The notes under the pieces: generated by a model
The model's database searches: none
Told to the model about the DNA's origin: nothing
Seen by the model: only the letters and a program-made list of their open reading frames with translations
From: Bordetella parapertussis
Lineage (GTDB): Bacteria > Pseudomonadota > Gammaproteobacteria > Burkholderiales > SG8-41
Length of the DNA: 64,000 nt
Direction of reading: 5' to 3'
Assembly (NCBI GenBank): GCA_945906935.1
Contig: CAMDSO010000003.1
Location: forward strand, 13,251-77,250
Position numbers and translations under genes: made by a program
Shown: positions 38,468 to 47,680 of the stretch, piece by piece
Layout of the letters: every line of letters begins with the position of its first letter
How positions within the stretch are numbered: the first letter of the stretch is position 1

Positions 38468-41400
38468 GACGTTACCCGGCAGGTTGGCACGGCTGTTTCC
38501 AGCGCGCGGTCTGCAGCAAGAGTGCCGAGCAGTGCGGCGGTGCTCTCCTGCAGCTTCGGCAAGGCGGCGCGCGCCGCCGCCAGATTCCCGTCGCGTGCGT
38601 GTATTTCAAGTGCCCGCGCCGCCGCTTGAACTGTGTCGGCCGATAGATTTGAACAACTGCCTTTGAGGGTATGGGCGGCCCGGAATGCGCCCTCACATTC
38701 CCCACGTTCGAGGCATCCAGTGATTTTGACCAGCGTCGACGGCGTTTCGGCAATAAATATTTCGATGATCTGTGCCAGAAGATCCGCGTCATCGGCGGTG
38801 CGTGCAAGTGCTGATTTGCGGTTGTAGTGGGCGACATGATCCGCTGCAGGCGCCGTTTTAAACGGCATCTCCGGCAGCGCAGGTGCGAGCTCCCGTTGGG
38901 CAGCCTCATGACCCGCAGGCGCCTTGACGAGGCTGACGCGCCGGAGCGCATTGACCAGCATGTTCAGGTCGATCGGTTTGGAAACGTAGTCGTCCATGCC
39001 TGCTTCTATGCAGCGTTCACGGTCGCCGCTCATTGCATTTGCGGTGACTGCGATGATCGGGGTGTATGTGTCGGCGGTTTCTCCGGCGCGGATGGTGCGT
39101 GTCGCAACAAGGCCATCCATCACCGGCATTTGCATATCCATTAAGATGACATTGTACCGGTGCTCGAGTGTCATCGCCACCGCATCCGCGCCGTTGTGCG
39201 CTTCGCTCACGTGGTGACCGAGCTTTTCCAGAAGTCGCACTGCCAGTTTACGGTTGACTGCATTGTCCTCGACCAAGAGGATATCGAGGCTGGTTTCCGG
39301 CATGGCGGATGCCGGTTCAGCATGGTTGAGCGGTATTTGTTCGAGCTGGAGGAGGGCCGGATCGAGTGCGATAGCGATGCCGTCAAGCAAGGTCGACTGC
39401 GAAACGGGTTTGACCAGTGCGCGGACGTGGCCGTGCGCACGGGCCTGCGCGATGGCCGGACCCTGCGTTGTGTCGGCGAGCACGATGACCGATGTATTCT
39501 CCGCCATGACTTCTGCTGCCAGCTCAAACGCATTGCCATCCGTCAGCGTGCCGTCTATCAGGGCCAGGCGGAATGGTTTGCCGTCGGCGCGCGCCCGGGC
39601 GATTTTTTCAAGTGCGGCAGCCGCGCAATCACAGGCGGTCGCCTGCATCCCCCAGGACTGCACATACGCGCAGATCAACTCACGGCAACGCCGGTTGTCG
39701 TCCACCACCAGAACGGGTTGCTGCAAGAAGGCTTCCGCCGGCGAAGAGGCGCCGCCAGCCGCTTCATACGGGCGTGCGTTTTGCAGCCCGAGGTTGAGCG
39801 AAAACTCAAATGTGCTGCCGACCCCCGGTTCGCTGCTGACGCCGATGCTGCCGCCCATGATGCCGACCAGGCGGCGGCAGATCGACAGGCCGAGGCCGGT
39901 GCCGCCGAACTGCCGTGTGGTCGAGGTGTCGGCTTGCTCGAAGGCTTCAAAAATAGCATTGCGTTTGTTTTCCGGGATACCGATGCCAGTGTCGCGCACG
40001 CGAAAACGCAGTTGCACTGCGCGTTCCCGCACGTCCTCAAGCCGGACCTGGATTTCGACTTCGCCCGCGGTGGTGAATTTGATGGCATTACCGACGAGGT
40101 TAAGGATAATCTGGCGTATGCGCAGCGGGTCGCCGATCACGTGGTCGGGCACCGCGGCATCGACCGACCAGATCAGCTCCAAGCGTTTTTCATGCGCACG
40201 CAGCGCCAGCACACGGATGGTTTGTTGCAGGCTGTAGCGCAGGCTGAAGGGTATCGATTCAATCTCGAGTTTGCCGGCCTCGATCTTCGACAGGTCGAGA
40301 ATATCGTTGATGATATGCAGCAGCGCCTCGGATGACGACTTGATGGTAGCCAGACAGTCGCGTTGTTCGGCATCCAGTGCGGTGCCGAGTGCGAGCTGGG
40401 TCATGCCGATGATGCCGTTCATCGGGGTGCGTATTTCGTGGCTCATATTGGCGAGAAACTCGCTCTTCGAGAGTGCGGCCGCCTCGGCTGCTTCCTTGGC
40501 GCGGCGCAGTTCTTCCTGGGCGTATTCGAGCATGGTCGTATCGTGCGTGACGGCGATGTCGCCGACGAGTTTGCCGCTATCGTCAGTCAGTGGGCCACTC
40601 GATCCGACCACGTGCACACGACCGCCGCGTTTAGTCGGCCGCCAGTCGCGGATCATGAAAGTGCCGCCGGTTCTCAGGCGGGTCAACCATTCCTGCCATT
40701 CTTTTTCCGGCGCATCTTTCAGCAGGACGTCGCGCATCGAACGGCCAACTACCTCTTCCTTGCTAAAACCGAATAAGGTTTCAGCGCCGTGATTCCAGGT
40801 CGTAATCATGCCATTCATGTCGCGGGTGACGATGGAGTCGCGCGATTGCTCAACCACCCGTGCGAGCATGCGCGCGCGCGATTCGCTGTCGGCGAGCGCT
40901 TTTTGTTGTGCCTGCATGGTGCGTTCGGCATGCTTTACGGCCAGCATCAAAAACACAAACAAAGCGAGCATGCCAAGCCCAAGCACGCCGCCGAGGCGCA
41001 GCTGGTCGTCGCGCAATGCGATGATTTCTTTTGACACATCCGTGTGAATTTCCATCACACCCTGGCGCGCGCCGCTCACCGGATGGTCAATCGCCAGCAG
41101 TGTTTTGACAATGGAGCGGTCGCGCACGCGCCCGTCGATGGCCTCGAAGCGTGGCTGGAAGGACAGCGTTGATTGCGGTGTACCGGCCAGCGCGCTTTGC
41201 AATGCGCCGTCGTCTGGCCCGATCTCGCCGATTTCGTTGTCCCAATTCGAAAATACGACCCTGCTGTCGGTCGTATAAATGCGGATTTTGACTATGTTCA
41301 GTGTGCGCGTCAGTTCATAGCTCTGTTTGCGTAAATGGATATTTTCGAGCTGGTCGGCGAGTGCCGCTGGAGTAAGGGTATGGGCGCGCAGGACTAGTGG

Positions 41401-41655
41401 CGCGTAATTCGGCCAGAGCGCGTTGAGCATGGTGCGACCGAGGACGATACCTTGGCTGGATTCCTGGCGTAAGAGGGTGCTTTTCATCGACTCGCCGGAG
41501 AGCACAAATATGCCTGCTACGACCAGAACGATACCGATCAAGCTGACCACGGAAAAATAGCTCAACAACCGGAATCGGCCGGCAGTTACCGTCCGCCTTG
41601 GAGGCTGCAGGGCCCTTAAATGCGCGCCTATTTCCGGGATTTCGCTCATGCTCAC
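38464..41655 (-). CDS. hybrid sensor histidine kinase (2TM periplasmic sensor - PAS - HisKA/HATPase - two receiver-like domains - Hpt)
   Basis: 1063 aa. H-box 'FLANMSHEIRTPMNGIIG' and G-boxes 'DTGIGIP' and 'GGTGLGLSI' are present. A first receiver-like segment reads 'VLVVDDNRRCRE...ALIDGTL'. A canonical receiver reads 'ILLVEDNAVNRK...ILMDMQMPVMDG...K', and the Hpt motif is 'AHTLKGSCSNL'. Confidence 0.9.
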   Translation of the reverse strand: MSMSEIPEIGAHLRALQPPRRTVTAGRFRLLSYFSVVSLIGIVLVVAGIFVLSGESMKSTLLRQESSQGIVLGRTMLNALWPNYAPLVLRAHTLTPAALADQLENIHLRKQSYELTRTLNIVKIRIYTTDSRVVFSNWDNEIGEIGPDDGALQSALAGTPQSTLSFQPRFEAIDGRVRDRSIVKTLLAIDHPVSGARQGVMEIHTDVSKEIIALRDDQLRLGGVLGLGMLALFVFLMLAVKHAERTMQAQQKALADSESRARMLARVVEQSRDSIVTRDMNGMITTWNHGAETLFGFSKEEVVGRSMRDVLLKDAPEKEWQEWLTRLRTGGTFMIRDWRPTKRGGRVHVVGSSGPLTDDSGKLVGDIAVTHDTTMLEYAQEELRRAKEAAEAAALSKSEFLANMSHEIRTPMNGIIGMTQLALGTALDAEQRDCLATIKSSSEALLHIINDILDLSKIEAGKLEIESIPFSLRYSLQQTIRVLALRAHEKRLELIWSVDAAVPDHVIGDPLRIRQIILNLVGNAIKFTTAGEVEIQVRLEDVRERAVQLRFRVRDTGIGIPENKRNAIFEAFEQADTSTTRQFGGTGLGLSICRRLVGIMGGSIGVSSEPGVGSTFEFSLNLGLQNARPYEAAGGASSPAEAFLQQPVLVVDDNRRCRELICAYVQSWGMQATACDCAAAALEKIARARADGKPFRLALIDGTLTDGNAFELAAEVMAENTSVIVLADTTQGPAIAQARAHGHVRALVKPVSQSTLLDGIAIALDPALLQLEQIPLNHAEPASAMPETSLDILLVEDNAVNRKLAVRLLEKLGHHVSEAHNGADAVAMTLEHRYNVILMDMQMPVMDGLVATRTIRAGETADTYTPIIAVTANAMSGDRERCIEAGMDDYVSKPIDLNMLVNALRRVSLVKAPAGHEAAQRELAPALPEMPFKTAPAADHVAHYNRKSALARTADDADLLAQIIEIFIAETPSTLVKITGCLERGECEGAFRAAHTLKGSCSNLSADTVQAAARALEIHARDGNLAAARAALPKLQESTAALLGTLAADRALETAVPTCRVTS

Positions 41656-41809
41656 TGTTTGCAGGAAGGCGCTGATTCGTGGCTGCCGGACAGAATGAAC
41701 GGCCGCAGAATTGCGCGGTACAGCGAACTAACGGCGGATGGCGGCGCGGGCTTGAGGGGATTTTCAGCTTAATGTAGGCGGGTGTTACAACTGCTTGATC
41801 GAAAAGTTT

Positions 41810-42016
41810 TTATTCGAGGCGTATTTCGCCCTCAAGGGTGATGTCGAGGCTCACGCCGTTGATGGTCAGGCGCATGCTGGCGGGCAAAACCGCGTCGCTT
41901 TTCAGCGTGCCTTCAGCGATCGCGCGGGCGACTGCGCGCTCGATCTCGGTCTGCGAGCGGATACCGACGACTTTGAGAAAGCGGCGGATGCTCAGGTTAA
42001 AGGTTTCATCGTTCAT
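41810..42016 (-). CDS. small conserved hypothetical protein (possibly DUF6494-like)
   Basis: 68 aa reading MNDETFNLSIRRFLKVVGIRSQTEIERAVARAIAEG... Its start overlaps the pgi stop (caATGAac), which suggests translational coupling. Confidence 0.5.
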   Translation of the reverse strand: MNDETFNLSIRRFLKVVGIRSQTEIERAVARAIAEGTLKSDAVLPASMRLTINGVSLDITLEGEIRLE

Positions 42017-43617
42017 TGCGGTCTTTCCGTGCGCAGCAGCGCTTCACGATGGGCTTTGTAAAAATCGATCAGGCCGTTGGTCGAGGCATCATAGCCGCTG
42101 ACTGGCGCGTTGTTGGCGAGGTCGGGTAGTATGCGCGAGGCCAGCCGCTTGCCGAGTTCGACGCCGGGCTGATCGAACGCATTGATACCCCAGATCACGC
42201 TTTGCACAAACACCTTGTGTTCATAGAGTGCCAGCAGCTGGCCGAATGAGTACGGCGTTAGGCGTTCGAGTAACAGTGAGTTGCTGGGCCGGTTGCCGGG
42301 GAAACGATCGTGCGGACTATCCGCCAGCGGTGCACCGTTCATGAGTGCCGCGGTTTGCGCAAAGAAATTCGCCATCAAAATAGCGTGATGTTGCGCCGCC
42401 GTGTGGTGGGGCCGGCAGACCGCGATGAAATCGGCCGGCACCAGCCGTGTGCCCTGATGCAGCAACTGGAAGAACGAGTGTTGCGCGTCGGTGCCGGCCG
42501 CACCCCAGATGATCATGCCGCTGTCGCCATCGACGGCGTTGCCATCGGCGCGCACGCTCTTGCCGCAGGATTCCATATCGAGCTGTTGCAGGAAGGCCGG
42601 CAGCAACGACAGGGATTCATCGTAGGGCAGCACGGCGTGGGATGTGGCGCCGAAAAAATTGTTGTACCAGATGCCGAGCAGGGCGAGTATCACCGGCATG
42701 TTTTTTTCAAACGGTGCGTCGTGAAAATGCCGATCCATCGCATGCGCGCCGCGCAGCATGTCGCGAAAACCCTCCATGCCGATGGCCAGTGCGATCGGCA
42801 GTCCGACCGCCGACCACAGCGAATAGCGACCGCCTACCCAGTCCCAAAACGGGAAGATGCGATCTGCGCTGACACCGAATTCGGCGGCTCGCTGCGGGTT
42901 GGCGGTGACGGCGACGAGTTGCAGCACGGCGTCCTTGCCGATTGCATTTGACAGCCACTCGCGCACGCTGTGCGCGTTGGCGAGGGTTTCGCTGGTGGTG
43001 AAGGTTTTTGAGACGACAATAACGAGCGTGGTTGCCGGATGCAGTGGGGCCAGCGTGCGTTGCAGCGCCGCCATATCGATATTCGAGACGAAGTGCACGC
43101 GCGGACCGCCAGCGGCATAGGGCGACAGCGCGTGGGTGGCCAGCACCGGGCCCAGATGCGAGCCGCCGATACCAATGTGCACAACATCGCTGTAACGGGC
43201 GCCGCCCTGTGCGTTGATGCTGCCGTCGCGTAGCCCGTTGCTGAATAGCTGCATGCGTTCGAGGGTGGCGCTGATTTCCGGCATAACATCCACGCCATCG
43301 ACGAGGGTGGCCTGTTCGCCACGCAATGCCGTGTGCAATACCGCGCGATTTTCCGTGATGTTGATGCGGCCGCCACCAAACAGTGCGTGCATCTGTGCGC
43401 CAAGACCGCGTTCCCGTGCCAGCCCGGTTAGCAGGTGCAGCGTGTCTTCATTGAGCCAATTTTTGGAGTAATCAAGCAGCATGCCGTCAAGGCGCAGGGA
43501 CAGCCGTTGGAAGCGTTGCGGATCGGCTTCAAACAGTTGCGAGAGGCTGCAGTGGGCCATGGTCTGATGGTGGTTTTTGAGTGCCAGCCAGGCGGGCGCT
43601 TCGTTCAGCGTAGTCAT
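42013..43617 (-). CDS. pgi: glucose-6-phosphate isomerase
   Basis: ORF 42013..43989 trimmed to the ATG at 43617 (MTTLNEAPAWLALKNHHQ...). Motifs 'DYSKN', 'IGIGGSHLGP', 'VSKTFTT.ET' and 'GINAFDQPGVELGK' are present. The 124-aa upstream extension is Arg/Pro-rich and overlaps the divergent gene. Confidence 0.95.
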   Translation of the reverse strand: MTTLNEAPAWLALKNHHQTMAHCSLSQLFEADPQRFQRLSLRLDGMLLDYSKNWLNEDTLHLLTGLARERGLGAQMHALFGGGRINITENRAVLHTALRGEQATLVDGVDVMPEISATLERMQLFSNGLRDGSINAQGGARYSDVVHIGIGGSHLGPVLATHALSPYAAGGPRVHFVSNIDMAALQRTLAPLHPATTLVIVVSKTFTTSETLANAHSVREWLSNAIGKDAVLQLVAVTANPQRAAEFGVSADRIFPFWDWVGGRYSLWSAVGLPIALAIGMEGFRDMLRGAHAMDRHFHDAPFEKNMPVILALLGIWYNNFFGATSHAVLPYDESLSLLPAFLQQLDMESCGKSVRADGNAVDGDSGMIIWGAAGTDAQHSFFQLLHQGTRLVPADFIAVCRPHHTAAQHHAILMANFFAQTAALMNGAPLADSPHDRFPGNRPSNSLLLERLTPYSFGQLLALYEHKVFVQSVIWGINAFDQPGVELGKRLASRILPDLANNAPVSGYDASTNGLIDFYKAHREALLRTERPQ

Positions 43618-43721
43618 GTCGGTAGTTTCCAATGAGCGCAGTGATTGTAGCGAGTTTGGTCGGTGCAGCCCAAGCGGATTAGAATCGTAGCCCGGAAAAC
43701 TTTTTAATCTTCGAGCTGCCA

Positions 43722-44444
43722 ATGTCACTTTTGTTGAGCGCCTGCGGACGCGCTTTGCGCGACACACTGACGCCGCGCATGCTGGCGCTGGCGATATGGC
43801 CGCTGTTGGCGGGACTCCTGATCTGGCTGTTATTGGCGTGGCTCTATTGGGCGCGCTGGACGCAGTGGGTGGACGTCTGGATGGCCGGTTCGTTCGTCGC
43901 CCGCTGGTTTCCTGATGGGGTGCCGCTACTGGCGCATTACGCCGCCTGGCTGGGGCTCGTGCTGGTCTTGATCCCCGCCGTGCTGGCAACCGCCGGCATG
44001 CTGGCGGCGTTGCTGGCGATGCCTTTGATCGTCGGCTTTGTTGCCGCCCGTGGTTATCCGGCGCTGCAACGCCGCCAGGGCGGCAGTTTGCGCGGCAGTT
44101 TTATCAATACGCTGATTGCGCTTGCCGTGTTTGCAGCGCTTTGGCTGCTGACGCTGCCGCTCTGGTTTACGCTGGTGTTGGGGCCGCCGCTGGCGCTGTT
44201 GTTATCGGCTTGGTTGATCCAGCGCCTGTTCCGTTACGACGCACTCGCCGAGCATGCGGATGCCGCTGAATATCGAACCTTGGTCAGCACCTGCCGCGGA
44301 CGTTTTTTTCTGCTTGGCGTGGCGGTTGCGCTGCTCTACGCGCTGCCAGTGGTGAATTTGCTGGCGCCGATCGCCGGCGGCCTCATGTTTACGCACTATG
44401 CGCTGGCCCGTCTGGCCGAATTGCGCGCGGCGGAACAACAATAA
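43722..44444 (+). CDS. EI24/CysZ-like integral membrane protein
   Basis: 240 aa with about 5-6 TM segments. The family assignment is tentative and rests only on topology and composition. Confidence 0.4.
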   Translation: MSLLLSACGRALRDTLTPRMLALAIWPLLAGLLIWLLLAWLYWARWTQWVDVWMAGSFVARWFPDGVPLLAHYAAWLGLVLVLIPAVLATAGMLAALLAMPLIVGFVAARGYPALQRRQGGSLRGSFINTLIALAVFAALWLLTLPLWFTLVLGPPLALLLSAWLIQRLFRYDALAEHADAAEYRTLVSTCRGRFFLLGVAVALLYALPVVNLLAPIAGGLMFTHYALARLAELRAAEQQ

Positions 44445-44453
44445 TCAGCACTG

Positions 44454-44487
44454 AAAAAACGGGGTGCCGCAGCACCCCGTAATTTTT
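44454..44487. terminator. bidirectional rho-independent terminator between convergent genes
   Basis: A6, then the stem ACGGGGTGC (44459-44467), loop CGCA, the stem GCACCCCGT (44472-44480), then AATTTTT. Confidence 0.7.
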
Positions 44488-44514
44488 CTGCATTCCACCG
44501 CTTTACTTAACGTG

Positions 44515-45699
44515 CTACATGCGTTCAAACACCGCTGCGATACCCTGCCCGCCGCCAATGCACATGGTGACCAGCGCGTAGCGGCCGCCGCTGCGGTGCA
44601 ATTCGTAAATCGCTTTCACCGTGAGTAGCGCGCCGGTGGCGCCGATCGGGTGCCCGAGGCCGACGGCACCGCCGTTCGGATTGGTTTTTGCCGGATCAAA
44701 GTTCAGATCACAGGCGACCGCCATGGCCTGCACCGCAAAGGCCTCGTTGGCTTCGATCACATCGATGTCGCCGATCTTGAGGCCGGCACGATCCAGGGCC
44801 AGCTTGCAGGCCGGTACCGGGCCGATGCCCATGATCGCAGGGTCAACGCCGGCCAGACCGTAAGACACCATCCGCGCCATCGGTTTCAGCCCCTGTTTTT
44901 CCGCTGCTGATTTTTCCATTAAGACGACGGCCGCGGCACCATCGTTGATGCCCGAGGCGTTGCCCGCGGTGACCGAACCGTCTTTCTTGAAGGCGGCGCG
45001 CAGCTTGGCCATACCTTCCAGGCTCGCATCGGCGCGCGGATGTTCGTCCGTGTCAAACAAGGTGATGCCCTTGCGGGTCTTGAGTTCGACCGGCAGGATC
45101 TGGTCCTTGAAGTAGCCCTGCGCAATCGCATGCACGGCGCGGCGGTGGCTTTCAACGGCAAAAGCATCCTGCGCTTCGCGGGTAATCTGCCATTGCGTGG
45201 CGATATTTTCCGCTGTGATACCCATGTGCACGGTGTCGAACGGATCGGTCAGTGCGCCCACCATCATGTCGACATAGCCGCCGTCCCCCATGCGCTGGCC
45301 CCAGCGCAGGGACGGCATTAGATAGCCGCTGCGGCTCATCGATTCGGCGCCGCCACCAACGGCAATCTCGGCGTCGCCGAGCGTGATCATTTGCGCCGCA
45401 CTGACGATCGCCTGCAGTCCGCTGCCGCACAGGCGGTTGACGGTCAACGCCGTTGATTCCTGCGGCAGGCCGGCTTTGAGTGCAGCCACACGCGAGATGT
45501 ACATGTCCTTGGCCTCGGTATGAATCACATTGCCAAGCGCCATCGCACCAACCTGTTTTGGATCGACCCCCGCCCGCTTCACCGCTTCGCGGATGACCTG
45601 GGCGGCGAGTTCCGACGGCGGCACATCCTTCAGCGCGCTGCCATAGTCGCCGATGGCTGTACGCACGCCGCTGAGTACTACGATTTCACGTTCCGCCAT
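44515..45699 (-). CDS. acetyl-CoA C-acetyltransferase (thiolase II)
   Basis: 394 aa with 'VNRLCGSGLQAI' (active Cys), 'NEAFA.Q', 'NPNGGAVGLGHPIGATGA' and 'CIGGGQG'. Confidence 0.95.
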   Translation of the reverse strand: MAEREIVVLSGVRTAIGDYGSALKDVPPSELAAQVIREAVKRAGVDPKQVGAMALGNVIHTEAKDMYISRVAALKAGLPQESTALTVNRLCGSGLQAIVSAAQMITLGDAEIAVGGGAESMSRSGYLMPSLRWGQRMGDGGYVDMMVGALTDPFDTVHMGITAENIATQWQITREAQDAFAVESHRRAVHAIAQGYFKDQILPVELKTRKGITLFDTDEHPRADASLEGMAKLRAAFKKDGSVTAGNASGINDGAAAVVLMEKSAAEKQGLKPMARMVSYGLAGVDPAIMGIGPVPACKLALDRAGLKIGDIDVIEANEAFAVQAMAVACDLNFDPAKTNPNGGAVGLGHPIGATGALLTVKAIYELHRSGGRYALVTMCIGGGQGIAAVFERM

Positions 45700-45793
45700 G
45701 ATACGTCTCCTTGATCAGACTGTTGCCGTGTAAAAAAGCAAACGTTGAAATTCAGTTTACGCCCGCGGCTTGGTCGCGGCCAAACCCGTCGCA

Positions 45794-46768
45794 CTATTCG
45801 ACACGAATATTGGCCGCTTTGGCGATCTTGCTCCATTCCGGTATTTCACTTTTGAGTAGTGCAGTAAATTCATCTGGCGAGTTGCTAATCGGTTCCAGGC
45901 CGGCGACGGCAAAGCGCTCCAGTACTACCGGCGCCTTTAGCAGTCGTGCGATTTCACCGGCTAGTTTCGTCACGATCGGCCGCGGTGTGCCACCCGGCGC
46001 CATCATTCCATACCAGACGTTGAACTCGTAACCAGGCACCCCGGCTTCGGCCACCGTTGGCACTTCCGGCGCCATGCGCGAGCGTTGCAAACCGGACACC
46101 GCGAGCACCTTGATCTTGCCGCTTTTGGCCTGCGGCAGTACGGTGGCAAGACCCGCCATCAAGACCTGTAACTCGCCCGACATTAGCGCCGACATGCCAG
46201 GGCCCGTGCCCTTGTACGGGATGTGCATCAGCGTCACGCCGGAGCGCAGCTGGAACAGCTCGACACCCAAATGGGAAGCGGAACCCGCGCCTCCCGAACC
46301 ATAGGTGATGACACCCGGTTTTGCTTTTGCCATCGTGATCAGTTCGCGGATCGAATTGGCGGCCACCGCGCTGCTGACGGCCAGCACGAAGGGCTGGTTG
46401 GCAACGAGCGAAATTGGCGTCAGATCTTTCTGTGGATCGTAGGGCAGTTTGGGATTGATCGCCGCGGCAAACGAGAGGTGACCGTTACTGCCGAGCAACA
46501 GCGTGTAACCGTCGGCGGCCGATAATTTCGCCGCCACCGTGACACCGGCGATGCCGCCGGCGCCGCCGCGATTATCAACCACCACGGCCTGACCGAGGCT
46601 TTCAGTCAGACCCTGGGCAATCAGGCGTGCCGCGATATCGGTGCCGCCGCCAGGGGCCGAGGGCACGATCAGGCGCACCGGCTTGAGCGGATAATTTTGC
46701 GCAAACGCAACCGCTATGTTGATGCCGAGCAGTGCGACGAAGATTTGTAACGCGGTGCGGTTCTGCAT
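45794..46768 (-). CDS. Bug family (TctC-like) substrate-binding protein
   Basis: ORF 45794..46996 trimmed to the ATG at 46768 (MQNRTALQIFVALLGINIAVAFAQNYPLKPVRLIVP). Motifs 'GGGTD', 'VVVDNRGGAGG' and 'IPYKGTG' are present. Confidence 0.9.
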   Translation of the reverse strand: MQNRTALQIFVALLGINIAVAFAQNYPLKPVRLIVPSAPGGGTDIAARLIAQGLTESLGQAVVVDNRGGAGGIAGVTVAAKLSAADGYTLLLGSNGHLSFAAAINPKLPYDPQKDLTPISLVANQPFVLAVSSAVAANSIRELITMAKAKPGVITYGSGGAGSASHLGVELFQLRSGVTLMHIPYKGTGPGMSALMSGELQVLMAGLATVLPQAKSGKIKVLAVSGLQRSRMAPEVPTVAEAGVPGYEFNVWYGMMAPGGTPRPIVTKLAGEIARLLKAPVVLERFAVAGLEPISNSPDEFTALLKSEIPEWSKIAKAANIRVE

Positions 46769-46913
46769 GGTGTTTCCTACAGATAAACATGGACTCCGAA
46801 TTTTACACCCAGGCGTTCGCTTATTCAGGTTGCCGGGTGGCTGTCGCGCCGGCGCGGACGGTGCGGGTGTTATGATTATTTCCCCGCCGGCGCATTCGTG
46901 TGGCGTATTGATC

Positions 46914-47675
46914 ATGATTGAACAAACAGTGGAGAATAATTTGAATTCCGGATTCTGGATTAGTTGGTACAACCTGCCCGAGAAGGGGCGTGACACGTAT
47001 TTGTCATGGCTGCACGAATCCTACATACCCGCGGTGCTCAAGCGCCCCGGCGTGCTCGGTGCCGCGCACTATGCATCCGAATCCAACGTCAGAATCTCCG
47101 GTGAGGCGGGACGTTTGCGGGGCACCACCGACCGGAAGGTGCCGACTGGGGACCGCTATATTCTGGTGTTTGGTGGCGAGACGCCGTATGCGTTTGCCAA
47201 TCCTGCGCCGTCGATCTATCACGCGGGTTTGTCCGCGGTGGACAGAAAAATGCTCGCCATGCGTCTCGGTGAACGCTCCAATGTGATGGCGCTTGAAGGC
47301 ATGGCGTACGGGCCGGAAGCCGCGGCGGCCAAGGACGACATGACTTTCATGCCCGGCATGCAGATGGGGAGTTTTAACGCCGGCGCACTCGAGGACGAAG
47401 ACGAGTTGATGGATTGGTACGCAACCTGGCGCCTGCCCTGCATGGAAAAACTGCCCGGCTGCGTGCGTATCCGTAAGCTGGTGTCGGTATCCGGTTGGGC
47501 CAAGCATGCGGTGTTTTATGAATTTGTGTCGGTCGATGCGCGCAACCAGAAATTCGTTGACCACGAAAATTTCAATCCCGAGAAAGAGGCGTGGACTGAC
47601 AAGGTGGTGCGTAAGCTGGTGCATGCCCCCGGATCGCCCAATGTCGCGCGGCGCATCTGGCCGGCGGAGAGCTAG
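46914..47675 (+). CDS. hypothetical protein, apparently two tandem alpha+beta (ferredoxin-like/EthD-like) halves
   Basis: ORF 46716..47675 trimmed to the ATG at 46914 (MIEQTVENNLNSGFWISWYNLPEKGRDTYLSWLHESYIPAVLKRPGVLGAAHY...). The second half repeats the pattern ('LMDWYATWRLPCMEKLPGCVRIRKL'). It ends 5 nt before the next Bug gene. Confidence 0.5.
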   Translation: MIEQTVENNLNSGFWISWYNLPEKGRDTYLSWLHESYIPAVLKRPGVLGAAHYASESNVRISGEAGRLRGTTDRKVPTGDRYILVFGGETPYAFANPAPSIYHAGLSAVDRKMLAMRLGERSNVMALEGMAYGPEAAAAKDDMTFMPGMQMGSFNAGALEDEDELMDWYATWRLPCMEKLPGCVRIRKLVSVSGWAKHAVFYEFVSVDARNQKFVDHENFNPEKEAWTDKVVRKLVHAPGSPNVARRIWPAES

Positions 47676-47680
47676 CCTTC

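Noticed and set aside
43618-43989. A 124-aa N-terminal extension of pgi (track ORF 42013..43989, 658 aa). Similar long N-terminal extensions occur on Bug, trxA, fdxA, NUDIX and M48 ORFs.
   Set aside because: The extensions are Arg/Pro/Ala-rich and overlap neighbouring or divergent genes. Internal starts give canonical N-termini or signal peptides. Several track 'M' starts are in fact GTG or TTG codons.
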